The notes under the pieces are model-generated. The model searched no databases. It saw only the letters and a list, made by a program, of their open reading frames with translations, and was not told the origin of the DNA. A DNA stretch of 64,000 bases from the human T2T-CHM13v2.0 reference genome, Homo sapiens, in the NCBI RefSeq assembly GCF_009914755.1, contig NC_060925.1; one strand, given 5' to 3'. Shown piece by piece: positions 35,798 to 47,780 of this stretch. Numbering within the stretch: position 1 is the stretch's first letter; each line of letters starts with the position of its first letter. The position numbers and the translations under genes are program-made.

Positions 35798-36933
35798 AAA
35801 ATAAGGGGAAGAAGAGATTTCTTTTAGGAAGACTCAAAAAGATTAAGAATGCTATAGTAAGTATAAAATACTGTATATAAACTTATGGTATAATTATATA
35901 AAATATCACTTTACTGTGAAAGAACCCCCAAAAAGTTGTTTACATGGTTGGTTTCCACATTGGGGAAGTTACCAAACTACAGTTTAAGAGTCTGCAAGGG
36001 TAGTTTTCCACCTAGTTCCCAAATCCTCAGCAGAAAGAACCTTACCTGCTTAGTGATAACTAGATCTTTTTTATTTGAACTAGGAAAGTCAGCTATAAAA
36101 GTTAGTTTTATATGAATGTATGACAAATGGAAGCAGTGACACTGTGTTTCCATAACTTTTGCATAATTGTATCTTAAATTTCCTTGGGGAAATACAACTG
36201 ATGGTTGCCATACCTGAATGTCACTGGCATTGAAGCCCCAAGGCAAGGGAGGTAGAGTGGGAGGAGCACAAATTCAGAGGCACAGCTTGGAAGGAGAGAT
36301 CCCATTCACCATCAGCCTTTGAAAAGGAAAGAAATGTCATTGAGAATAGCCAGAAACATTTTAGAGGCTTCTAGAAGATGTATGGTAGCATGATTTGACA
36401 AGGAATTAAGTTATTCATATGACAGTTTGGCCAAAATTATGAGATTATCAAAAGCAAATATTTTTATATTGGTACATTTGGTGCCCATGGGGTGATTTTA
36501 CAGCTTTTCAGTAATCCTGTGCAGTTTTAATAATTGCCCAGGGTGTTTTTCCTGTTTCCTATTACGTATTTCTAAGATTTGTCCTCTAGATTTCAAATTT
36601 CCAGTTAATTTCTAGGGAATTAAATATTAGTAGCTTCTAAGAGTAAAGTAGGAAATAATTTAAGTGTTCAAAAATTAGGAATTTATTGATTAAAATAAAA
36701 TATGGTATGTCTGTACAGTTGCATAGGCTACAGCTGTAAAACTTTAGTATCACTTGATGTGGATAGATGTTAATGACATGTTAAATGGGAAAGCAGGTAA
36801 TGAAACAATTTCTTTCAAACTGTGAAATACGGATGACATTTCTAGTTTTTTGAGAACTTTTGTGTAAGTTAGTTTCATAATGCGTCTGCATAATCGAATC
36901 AATTTTCTTTGCCTTAATAACATGGACCAAGTC

Positions 36934-37233
36934 TTTTTTTTTTTGGGGGGACAGGATTTCACTCTGTTGCCCAGGCTGGAGTGCAGTGATGCAATCACAG
37001 CTCACTGTATTCTTCTCAAGTTCTTGGGCTCAGGTAATCCTCCCACTTAAGCCTCTCGAGTAGCTGGGACTACAGGTGTGTGCCATCACACTCAGCTAAT
37101 TTTTTTGTATTTTTTGTGGAGATGGGGTTTTGCCATGTTGCCTAGGCTGGTCTTGAACTCCTAGCCTCAAATGATCTGCCCTCCTAGGCCTCCCAAAGTG
37201 TTAGGATTAGAGGCATGAGCCATCACAATTGGC
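36934..37233 (-). mobile_element. Antisense AluJ
   Basis: Reverse-complement Alu; TSD catg[ga/tt]ccaagtctt. Confidence 0.9.
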
Positions 37234-38325
37234 CTACATGTTCCAAGTCTTACCTAAACATTTTAATAATCTTAGCCTGTTTTGCTACCATACTTTTATA
37301 GTTTTTAGCATATGCTTTTTATATAACTGGTGACAAAATTCCTTCCATCTAGGAACCTGCACTACTGAAAAATTTTAAATCTGTATTCAGTTTTGTTTAT
37401 ATGAGTTTTTTTCCTTCTTCAAAGTGAATTCAAGCAAGTATCTATTAAGTTTGTAGCCCTCATGATTCAACAATGTTTAGGTTGCTTATATATTTTAAAT
37501 GCTGGGTTAGTCAAAAGTAGCAAAAATTTTTGTTCTGTTGGGTAAGGATTAAACAGAAGAGTATTATATCCACATTGAAAATCATTTCTGTATATTTTAT
37601 TACTGGTGAGTAGTCAAGGATTTGGCAGGCACAACAGTGGGTTACAGGTCAAAGGTTGTGTGCATGGTAAGGAGAATTACCTGCCTATCCCTTTTTGCTT
37701 ATTTTCTCTCTTCTCTCCAAGGCTCCTCAGACTTGGCCTGCCTTCTAGCTCAAACCTGAGACTCGAGGAAATATCTTCAGGGTGGCACTGCACACACCAC
37801 TGTTGGTGGCCTCAGCTGGACATGCCTTTGATCCTGGGGCATTTAGTCTGCTTAATATTCCTGGTGGTTGAGAGAGTTTCCCAAGCAGGTGAAGAAAGGC
37901 AGCCCACTGGCTTCTGAGTGGGCATGCCATCTTCACTGCCCGAGGCTCCTGTTGGTGATGATACTTAGTGTGGAGTTGGCTTGCACTCCTTGTTACTTAG
38001 AGCTGCTCACACCCCTGCTCCTGCCCTTTCTCTACCACCAGCTCACAAAGGAGGGAGTGAATAGAAACCCAGCTCTCCTATTGCTTCCAAACTGCTGGCT
38101 GCTATTATAGGAGGATAAGCTAAAACTGTAATGAGTTCATTTTTGATGCTTTGTCTTTTACTTCTGAAATCTAAATTAGAGAGAGGCAGGGGATAATCTT
38201 GTTAATATAAGATTCTGATCAATTAAAATTCTGTGGATTTTTCTCAAAGTCAGCTTAAATACATTTCTTTGGCTTTCCACAAATATATTTATAATTTTTT
38301 AATTGCCTTTTTTTTATTCTTGAAG

Positions 38326-38426
38326 AACAATGTGTATTCTGGAGGTAGCATGGCAAGAAGGAATACATATGTCTGTGAAAGGACCACAGATCGATACGTA
38401 GCATTGCAGAATGGAAAAGACAGCAG
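38326..38426 (+). CDS. MARK1: MARK1 coding exon (NNVYSGGSMARRNTYVCERTTDRYVALQNGKDS), 101 nt
   Basis: ttcttgaag| acceptor, CAG|gtaaat donor; RRNTY motif conserved in MARKs; phase 0-2. Confidence 0.94.
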
Positions 38427-39691
38427 GTAAATGCCACAGTGCCAAGTAGTAATACCTTTGCTGTTGTTCTGTGTTAGTGCCCTTGCTGAAATGCCTGCAG
38501 CCGAATGGGTCAGGAGAAAAGCAGTTATTACATGAAATAGTAAGATTGCAACCAACCGTTCTTAGTAAGACATCTTTCCTGTACCAGGATAGAAGGATGG
38601 GAAAACATTTAGAGAAAACAAGAAACAAATCTCTTTACCTGCCAATTTCTGAGTAAAATCTGATAGTAAATATTTTTCTATAACAAAGCAGATCATACCA
38701 TCCTAATTTCATCTTCATAATTTGAATCTTATTCTCTTATGCACCTGCTGCCTCCTTCCCTTTCACTTCCCATCAAGTCATTGCTGTATCTCAATAAAGG
38801 CTTTATTTTTCTCCCTCTGAAAAAAATGTGACCATCTTATTTCTCATCATTCAGAACCACATAATTTTTAAAGTGTTTTATTTCAAATAATAATAAATCA
38901 TATTATTTTTATTACTTAAAAGATGTGTCTTCTTTCTATCATGAGTCACAAGGACTACTCATCAATATAGTACAAAGACATGGAGCCTATTCTAATGAAA
39001 TTATTTTCTTAGTACCACCTTCAGTCATTTCAGTAGTGTGTACAACCCATTCTCACATTTGTTTCTTCTCACTTAATAAGAATGTAAAGTAAGTGCTATT
39101 GTAAGGCATACAAAGAAAAATGTATCTTCTTTGGACATAAGATAATTGGAAATTGATTTCAGACTTATGATTTTTCCTATACTAAATTTTAATCTGCAGC
39201 TCCTTTAATCTGCAACAGTTAACCTATTGACTCATAATATGATCTAAAAGTGTTTTGATGAATCTAGAGATAATATTTTTGGTATAATTATCAATTCTGA
39301 TTGTATGAATAATGGACAATGAACTACAGCAACATATCACACCAAACTGTGACTTTGGGGAAGTAAAAAATGACTCCAGTCATAATAATTTTATCTGAAA
39401 CTATCGTATATCCACAAAAATAATTTTGTACTTTCTCACATTTACATACATAGTGTGTGTGAGATTTTTTTCATAGATGATAGTGATAAATTCACCCTGT
39501 ATACTTTTCATAAGAATATTAATTGTTTTGTTAGTCATTAATAATGCCACTAATGTTAGTTTCTTTCAAATGTTTCAGTCATGAAAGGTGTTAGTCAGTT
39601 TAGATTTTTTAAAATATAGTTCTTAAATTTTAGTAAACCACAAATTTTCCTCTTTTTTTCCATGGTCTTCTCAACTGCTTTATGGTGAAAG

Positions 39692-39856
39692 CCTTACGGA
39701 GATGTCTGTGAGTAGCATATCTTCTGCAGGCTCTTCTGTGGCCTCTGCTGTCCCCTCAGCACGACCCCGCCACCAGAAGTCCATGTCCACTTCTGGTCAT
39801 CCTATTAAAGTCACACTGCCAACCATTAAAGACGGCTCTGAAGCTTACCGGCCTGG
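39692..39856 (+). CDS. MARK1: MARK1 coding exon (LTEMSVSSISSAGSS...RHQKSMSTSGHP...EAYRPG), 165 nt
   Basis: gtgaaag| acceptor, TGG|gtaatg donor; phase 2-2, in frame with both neighbours. Confidence 0.9.
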
Positions 39857-40806
39857 GTAATGTGTTGGTTACATCTCATTTTGTTCGTTAAGAGTTTCTA
39901 AAAATATAGCACCATGTGAAAATACATGATAGTCACCATCACATTAAGACCTTTCTAATAAGATTCAGTGTTTGTTATGGAGGAAAAATTGAATTGTAAC
40001 ATAAACTTTCTATGTACTTTGGCTGTTATTGGAAATGTTGCATATAACTTAAATCATTTTCTAGAGGAATTTTTTTAAGGATTTGATTTTACATCCGTCT
40101 ATAAAGTTAAAAATTGCTGTTTAATTTGTCATTTAGGTAAATTGATTTTTTTATTATTTAAACCATACGAACAAACACTAGACTGTGAGTTGAGACCCGC
40201 AGATAATGATCAGGCTCAATTCCTTGTTCTTAATAAAACCAGGCTTCAGTTTTCCTGTCAATGAAACTGATGAACTCAAAGAGCCTGTTCAGATATAAAA
40301 TTGTATAATTGTTTTTCTAGTATTTTTCTATTTTAAGATTTCCCAAATTCAGTACATCTGAACATTTTAACCCTCTGTTAGATTTGTTAGGCATATTGGT
40401 GGTGCCATGTGGTATTGTAGCATCACTGAGGCCTAAATTAGAAATAGGAAATTATTTTATTCAAAGCCTTTTTAATAAACAATAAAATTTGTGTTCAACA
40501 TTGCTAAGTGGTTTCAGGAGAATATTAAAAAAATATTTGCAGTACTCCTGGTTTGGCATTCCTGATACTGAAAAGTATTTATCTTTGTGTCCCTGTTTCA
40601 GTCATTTCTTGATTTTTAGTGACCAAACAAAAGGTACCTAATTTCAAACTGAAATTTTACTCCAAACCCATGTCTCACATCTCTAATGTGAACAAATAAA
40701 GTAGGGCCAAAAGAAGTAGCCATAGCTATTTGTTTCAAGTTTTTAGCTTGAGTGAAAGGTTTTCTTGTCATTATTCTGAATGATATATCTTAATTTGTCC
40801 CAGCAG

Positions 40807-41058
40807 TACAACCCAGAGAGTGCCTGCTGCTTCCCCATCTGCTCACAGTATTAGTACTGCGACTCCAGACCGGACCCGTTTTCCCCGAGGGAGCTCAAGC
40901 CGAAGCACTTTCCATGGTGAACAGCTCCGGGAGCGACGCAGCGTTGCTTATAATGGGCCACCTGCTTCACCATCCCATGAAACGGGTGCATTTGCACATG
41001 CCAGAAGGGGAACGTCAACTGGTATAATAAGCAAAATCACATCCAAATTTGTTCGCAG
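40807..41058 (+). CDS. MARK1: MARK1 coding exon ([14 protein letters not shown]...RSTFH...[10 protein letters not shown]), 252 nt (255 nt if the proximal AG is used, start 40804)
   Basis: cagcag| tandem acceptor, CAG|gtcagt donor; RSTFH aPKC/14-3-3 motif of PAR-1 kinases; phase 2-2. Confidence 0.95.
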
Positions 41059-42769
41059 GTCAGTACCAATGTACTGTCGTGTTTTGATTCCTCTAGAAAT
41101 TATAAAGGAAACTAGACTTTTTAAAAAAATCTTTATAATAATTTTCTAAAATGGTTTCATAACATTTCATTAGAGCTGCTCTTTTACAGAGTTGGAAGAA
41201 AAAAATCTAGGAAGACATAAAGTATTTTTCCTTAAGAGAGAGAAAGGAAAAAATGGACAAAATGAGATTTTAAAAATCTGTAAAATAAAATGGAAAGAAC
41301 AAAGACTTGACTTCAAAAATGTGTGTTTTAACAAAAGATTATTTTATATTTAAAAGCCTTGATTGAGGAAAAGAAATGAGTTTACATGTTTCCTTCAAAT
41401 TTATCTTGACAATACTTTTAAATTGCTTACTAATAATATATAATTTACATTTTTTTCTTCTTGCATAAAAAGCCTACACACCAGAGTCACAGATCACTTA
41501 TGCAATTTTACATCATAAAACCTTATCATCAAAACATAGTAAACACAAAATGAATACATGTATAGTAAAGGTCTAATCTACTTAAACAATACAATTATAC
41601 TTTCTAAAAAGTAAGCATACTTACTATGCTTACTATGCATACGTGTACAGTGCACATTGATGATACAAGTTGCTACTACAATGCAGGCTGATGTGGATTT
41701 CATCTATTCCTGGTCCCACTAAATGCCTACTTAAGCCCTGCGACAGACAAAGCACTGTGTTAGGTGCAGAACAGAATCTAAAGATAGGTAAGATGGCATC
41801 TGTGCCCTCCAGATTCTTATAGTCTTGTAAGAAGCAGACAAACAACTAGCCATGATATAAAGCAGAACATGTGCTAAAAAGTGTGGGCAACATGCTGGAT
41901 TCCAGAGGAAGACACAATTGTTTCTATCTAGGGAGACAGTGAAGGCACCCTATCATATAATCATTTCAGCTGAGCCTTCAATGATGGGTAAGAAATAATT
42001 ATACTTGCTTTAAGAAATACTAATTAAATACTTAGTTTCCAATGTTATTAGTGTTTCTAGGATTTCAAAGAGTGGATGTGGAAAAGAGAAGAAGCAGCTT
42101 CAGTCTTACTTGCCTTGTCATGGAGCTATTTATAGGCTTGGTTCATACATCAGTTTGCCCAGTATCACATAGCTGAATTAAAAACTTTAAAGCCTCAAAT
42201 GTAACATAAATTTCTAACCATATCAGTCAGTGACTTTGTACCATTGGGGCAATTACTATGCAGCATGAAACTTGCTAGAGAAAGAACTAAAAGTTCACCA
42301 ACAGAGTCAGCATGGAAGTTAGATCATAGTGTTAGCCGGCCATCTGCAGGGTACTAGTCAGATTATCAGTAGTTTCTGCTTTTGGAATTTGTCTATTTAA
42401 GGCCATTTCAAAAAGCCAGTACTTTCTCATGGTTAAGCCAGAATTAATTTTAAAGTGAAGAAAAATAGGTTTATAGTTTAGTGCTTGATTACTGATTGTG
42501 CATTAAGCATTGTGCAAAATATTTCTCTTAACTGCAACAAAAATTTAGACTCTAGGGGAAACAGAGTACTTTGGAAAGGAAGTCGTGAGATAGAATGCCA
42601 AAGCAAGAAAGTGCCTTAGAGCTGGTCTGTTGGGAGGTTCTGATAAAGATTGCCATATAGTCTTTGAACACATATGTGGAGACCTACTACACGCAAGGCC
42701 CTTTTGTAGGAGCTATTGCTACGGCAGTGAGTGAGACTGATGGGTCTCCTGCCTTCCTGTGAGCAACTT

Positions 42770-43720
42770 ACTATCTTGAAACATTCCACACATTTAAAGC
42801 GTTTCCCTTGCTTGGCTCTGGTTTTCTCCTACCTCACAGACTAGCTATCACTTCTCAGGCTCCTTTGCTGGCTTTTTTCAGATTCCCTTGCCTTTCCCCC
42901 AACCTCTAAATATTAGAATGCCCCAGAGCTCAGTCTTTGGACACATTTTTTTCTCTGGTTTTCCTTACACTCTTGGTGATCTCAGTCAGGCTCATGACAT
43001 TAGATTCCGTCCTGTATGAACAACTCCTAACTGTATCTCTAGCCCACATCTTTCTCCTGAACTGCAGACTCATATCCAACTGCTGCTCAGCCTCTCCACT
43101 TAGATACGTTATAGACTCTGAAACAGAACATGTTCAAAAGTAAACTCTCGTTCCTCTTCCCAAACCTGTCCCTCCCTCATTCTTCACCGTGTTAGAAATT
43201 GGCAGCCTTGTCCTTACAGTTGCTCAGACCATAAGCCTTGGAGTTATCCTTGACACTTCTTTTCCTCATACCACCTCAGATCCATTGGCAATTTGTGTTG
43301 GCTTTACCTTCACAGCATTTCCAGGATTTAACTGCTTGTATCACTCCCGCCACTGCCTTCATACTCTGAACCACTATTCATCTTTCACTTCCTCATAGGT
43401 CTCCTAGTTTCTGTCCTTGTCCTCCTCTTCTGTTTCAGCAGTGTCATGTCAAGTCTGATCATGTCACTCTTAAATTTAAAGCCCCTGATTAGCTTTCACC
43501 TTGCTCAGAATACAATTCTGTGCCCTCACTGTGGCCTGTGGGGCCTTGTGTAACCTGGCCATCCATTTCTGCTCTGACCTCTTCTCCCACTCTTCCCCTT
43601 GCTGCTTCCACACCAGCCACACAGGGACCAGACTGTCCTCAAGTACATTAAGCACTGCTTTGGCATTGTGTACCTGCTATTCCTTCTGCCTGGAATTCTC
43701 TGCCCTGAATACCTGCATGG
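42770..43720. mobile_element. L2 remnant
   Basis: L2-like CT-rich sequence (ctcctgaactgcagactcatatccaactgc; gatcatgtcactc; ccttctgcctggaatt); explains ORF 43501..44061. Confidence 0.6.
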
Positions 43721-44901
43721 CTCACTTCTACACCAAACCTTATGATTTTCTAACCATAGCTCATTCTTATATAGGGAACAACCCAGTTTGTTCAGTTGAG
43801 TATATATTGCTATCTGTAGGTAATTGTTTTTTAAGTGTTAAGTGTTGGAGAGCATGCTGTGCTGCATATGCTGTTAGAGCCAGCTGCACCTTCTGTAGCT
43901 CCATCTGCCTCCTACCATGGCTACTTAAAGCAGACTTCCTGGGCTCTTTGAAACAATTGCCAAGTAGCAGAAATTTTTCCAATGTTCCTACTGGCATCCA
44001 GGTAGGCAGGAACAGGGTATGGGTCAATTGCTATTTCAGTCAATTACAGCAGAGGAGATAGGGTCTAAGGGACATTTCACTCCTAATGTTTTAAGTTTGG
44101 CAGCTGTGGTATAGGTGTTTGCTAATAGTGAATAATAAAGCATAATATAAATAGGACAGAAAAGTCCAGTGAGATTTTTGTCCCTTCCTAAAGGAATTTT
44201 GTCTTAGCAGTGGGAGTCAACAGCATTACTGTCTTGCTTGCCAAGTTGGTATACTGCCCATCTGTGTATATCAGTTCATCTACATGTAACTGAAAATGTA
44301 CATTTCACTTTCAGCCTGCTCAAAAATGTTTTATTTATTTCAATGTGCTATAATAAAAATGGATTTGTATAGATGGCATTGAATTTTTATTATACTTCCC
44401 AATGAAAATGCCAGTTATTAAAAATAGAAATTTAAGAAATTACATTTGAATGTGAGAATACATTTTAGTATTCTTTTAAATTCAGATAGAAAAATTTTTT
44501 TTTTCATAATATGTTTGTTAAGAAAGGCATGTATTAGTTAAAGACCCTGAGAGGCATAAGGCGTTCATATTCTTAAGAACAATTTAAAATTTTAGGGCTT
44601 GGTATGTGGGTGTGTTTTATGAATTTGGGGGATGGGAGAGTACCACTGATTTTATTCTTATTGCATTCGTTTTACATAAATAATAGAAATGTTTCTGGAA
44701 TGGCTAAAACATTAAGACAGTATTAACTTAAGGATTCAAGTTGGTGATTTTTCCCACTATTTAATAGTATTTTACCCTTTATCACAAGATATTTAATTAC
44801 CTTTAAAAATAACAAAGCATTAAAATTTTGGTAGACTTCAAAAATATTAATTACATGCAACACAGAACAATTAGTAGTGTTTTCCTGGTTTTATTTCGCA
44901 G

Positions 44902-44913
44902 GTGGATATCCAG
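44902..44913 (+). CDS. MARK1: Candidate 12-nt alternative microexon of MARK1 (GTGGATATCCAG; adds W-I-S-R)
   Basis: tttcctggttttatttcgcag| acceptor and CAG|gtaagg donor 12 nt apart; phase 2-2, stop-free; TGCATG downstream at 45005. Confidence 0.6.
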
Positions 44914-45495
44914 GTAAGGTCAGTGTTTTTATTTAAGATTGAATCCGTGTTTTTAGACTTGCCTACATGGATAGGCTGTTAATTTGCTGTGATATTTTAT
45001 CATGTGCATGAATTGTTAGCATAACTTCTAAAAGAAATTGCTTATTTGGAAATTGGTGTTTATTTGCTAACTACAAGGTTAATGTATATATTTTCTAAAT
45101 TGAGCGACTACTAGAATTATACATAATTACAAATTTGAAGTTGAATCTTGCTATTGATAATTATTAAATAGTTTTAACTTTAGATTAAACTAAACCAAAA
45201 GATAAATTATGACTTCAAATGAATCATGGCTGGGAATTGGAAGATTATGAAAAAAAAATTTCAAACTTTCACCTCATATTGCCTCTTGACAAAAATGAGT
45301 AGACGCTCAATAAATGATAAATTACATGCGGTTATGGTGAAAAATATGAGAAATAGTCTCAGACTGACTAGTAATAGAAAACTGTCATGGTAGAAGTTTG
45401 CTCAACAAGCTAATTTTAAAATAATTTTAGATATAGGTTTTCTTGATATATTTTTTACTTTTATCATTAAATCTCAACCTTCACTTTGTTTTGAG

Positions 45496-45540
45496 GGATC
45501 CAAGTGAAGGCGAAGCCAGTGGCAGAACCGACACCTCAAG
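45496..45540 (+). CDS. MARK1: MARK1 45-nt coding exon (DPSEGEASGRTDTS), symmetric and probably alternatively skipped
   Basis: Rare GAG acceptor (ctttgttttgag|), AAG|gtgagg donor; phase 2-2. Confidence 0.92.
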
Positions 45541-46059
45541 GTGAGGAGCCACTATTAATACTTCGCTGCTAGGTCCCTGTGTATGAAAACGTACTTTTGA
45601 AATACTTACAGCACTTAATGATCATGAATAGATCTAATAACTAGATAGCATGCGTATTTTAGATTTTTATATTGGGGTGGGTTTTCATAATGTTACCTAG
45701 CATTCAAGTCAGTCAACTTTAAGTTTGTTTTCCAAACATGCATTTGAATTGTGTACTTGGTATAGAAATAGGCTTTCTGTTCTATAAAGTATGTCAAGCT
45801 AAAGAATTAATAGATTAAATGTACTGATATTTTTCTCACTAAAGTAATGTAACTAAAATTAGTCTGAGTCAAATAGCACAAATAACACAGAACAGGGAGA
45901 TAATTACATGTAGGAAGATTTGATATTAGTAATATATTTTAGGTGATAATTCAGTGTTTGACCACATTTAAAAATTCTATCCAGGCATACTTTTGGGGAT
46001 TTCTTTTTTTGACATTTCATGCTAGTTGTATATTCATTCTGGCAATGGGTTTCATACTT

Positions 46060-46215
46060 GAGCACAATCAGAATTACAGGGAAGGCTTGATAAAAAGGTT
46101 GCTGGATCCCACTCCCAGGGTTTCTGATTCAGGGGCCGAGGCAGGTGCCTGTGCATTTGCATTTCTATCAAGTCCCCAGGAGATGCTTATGCTGCTGTTC
46201 TAGGGACCACATTAT
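46060..46215. mobile_element. MER5-type hAT/Charlie DNA transposon remnant
   Basis: atcagaatt...gtttctgattcag...tttgcatttcta..aagtccccaggagatgct.atgctgctg...gggaccaca MER5 signature. Confidence 0.75.
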
Positions 46216-47069
46216 GGACATGTTAGTACTTGTGTTCATATTTTACAAACGGGAAATTTAAGAAATGAAGACATTAATTTATTTTGAGTGTACCCAAGCA
46301 TTAAGGGATGCAATGTAAATTTTACAACCAACAAGTATTCCACAGTATGAAAGGCTCTGGCTTCATTCAGGAACGATTGTGACCAGCTGAACACAAACCT
46401 CCAATTTGATTTCTACTTTTCAAGTTACTTAAAATATAAAACATAATTAACTTTGGAAAACTATAGCATTCCCATGTAGTCTTTTTAACAAACTGTGCTA
46501 TATTTACATTTAGTAATAATAGTTGAAATGTTTCTTTGTAGAGTTAGGTACCTGAGTCACCACAGTAGGGAGCCACAGGGGAGCAAGACAAATATTCTTC
46601 ACTTTCTTCTGCCTTTTATAGAAACATGGAGGACTTGTTCTTAGCCTCTCCCTCACTTAGTCTTCACTTTTGAGCCCCTCCTTGCATTTCATCCTATATT
46701 TCCACTAAATTTCCCTCTGAGACATTTAGTAGTGTGTGGCATTGCAAGTGGCCCTTAATAGTTGCATTTTTGTCCTTTTAATGTAACTATATAATTTTAT
46801 TACATTATAAGAATTAGTAACTGATATTTTATAAATGTTTACACAATACTTTTCACATTCCCTTTTGTTTGGTTGTTGTTGGGTTTGGTTCTATTTTTGC
46901 TTTTGAACTGACTTATTGAATACTAACTATAAAGTACTTTCTGATCATTTAATTTTCACAACAACTAGGTGAAAATGCCTATTTTACAGATGAAAAAAAA
47001 CAGCAAGGAACATAGGTGGGATCAAGCCAGCTATAATAAGGTTCTGTCATTTCAGGGAGATGAGGTGAT

Positions 47070-47305
47070 ACTGTGGTTAGAAGTATAGGTTCTCAGCCAG
47101 AGTGCATGGGTTTCAGCTATGTTCCACCACTTACCTTACTGTGTGGCTTTGGGGAAGTTACTTCAACTCTGCGTGCCTCCATTTCCTCACTCTAACTGCC
47201 TCATAGGGTTGTTCTGAGGGGTAAATGAGTAATTAATACATTTTAGGCACTTAGGACAATTCCTGCACCTAGTAAGTACTCAATAAATGTTAGCTGTTAT
47301 TATAT
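47070..47305 (+). mobile_element. MIR remnant
   Basis: ttggggaagttacttcaactctg...tttcctca core; gcacctagtaagtactcaataaatgttagc tail. Confidence 0.7.
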
Positions 47306-47476
47306 TAATATCCACATTTCCAGGAGCTTTCTACAATGGACATTATCAGTGGTAATGTCTGTGAGACCATGCAGAAAAATATTTCATTGTCTTAAGGTCA
47401 TCTTAAGGTGGAATAGAAGGAAACTAGACTTAGAATAATATCCCTAAATTCTAGTCTTCACTTTTCAACTCATTAG

Positions 47477-47780
<304 letters not shown>

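Noticed and set aside
43501-44061. Longest unassigned ORF (186 aa, Cys-rich)
   Set aside because: TTG start, overlaps an L2 remnant, no recognisable domain or splice context.
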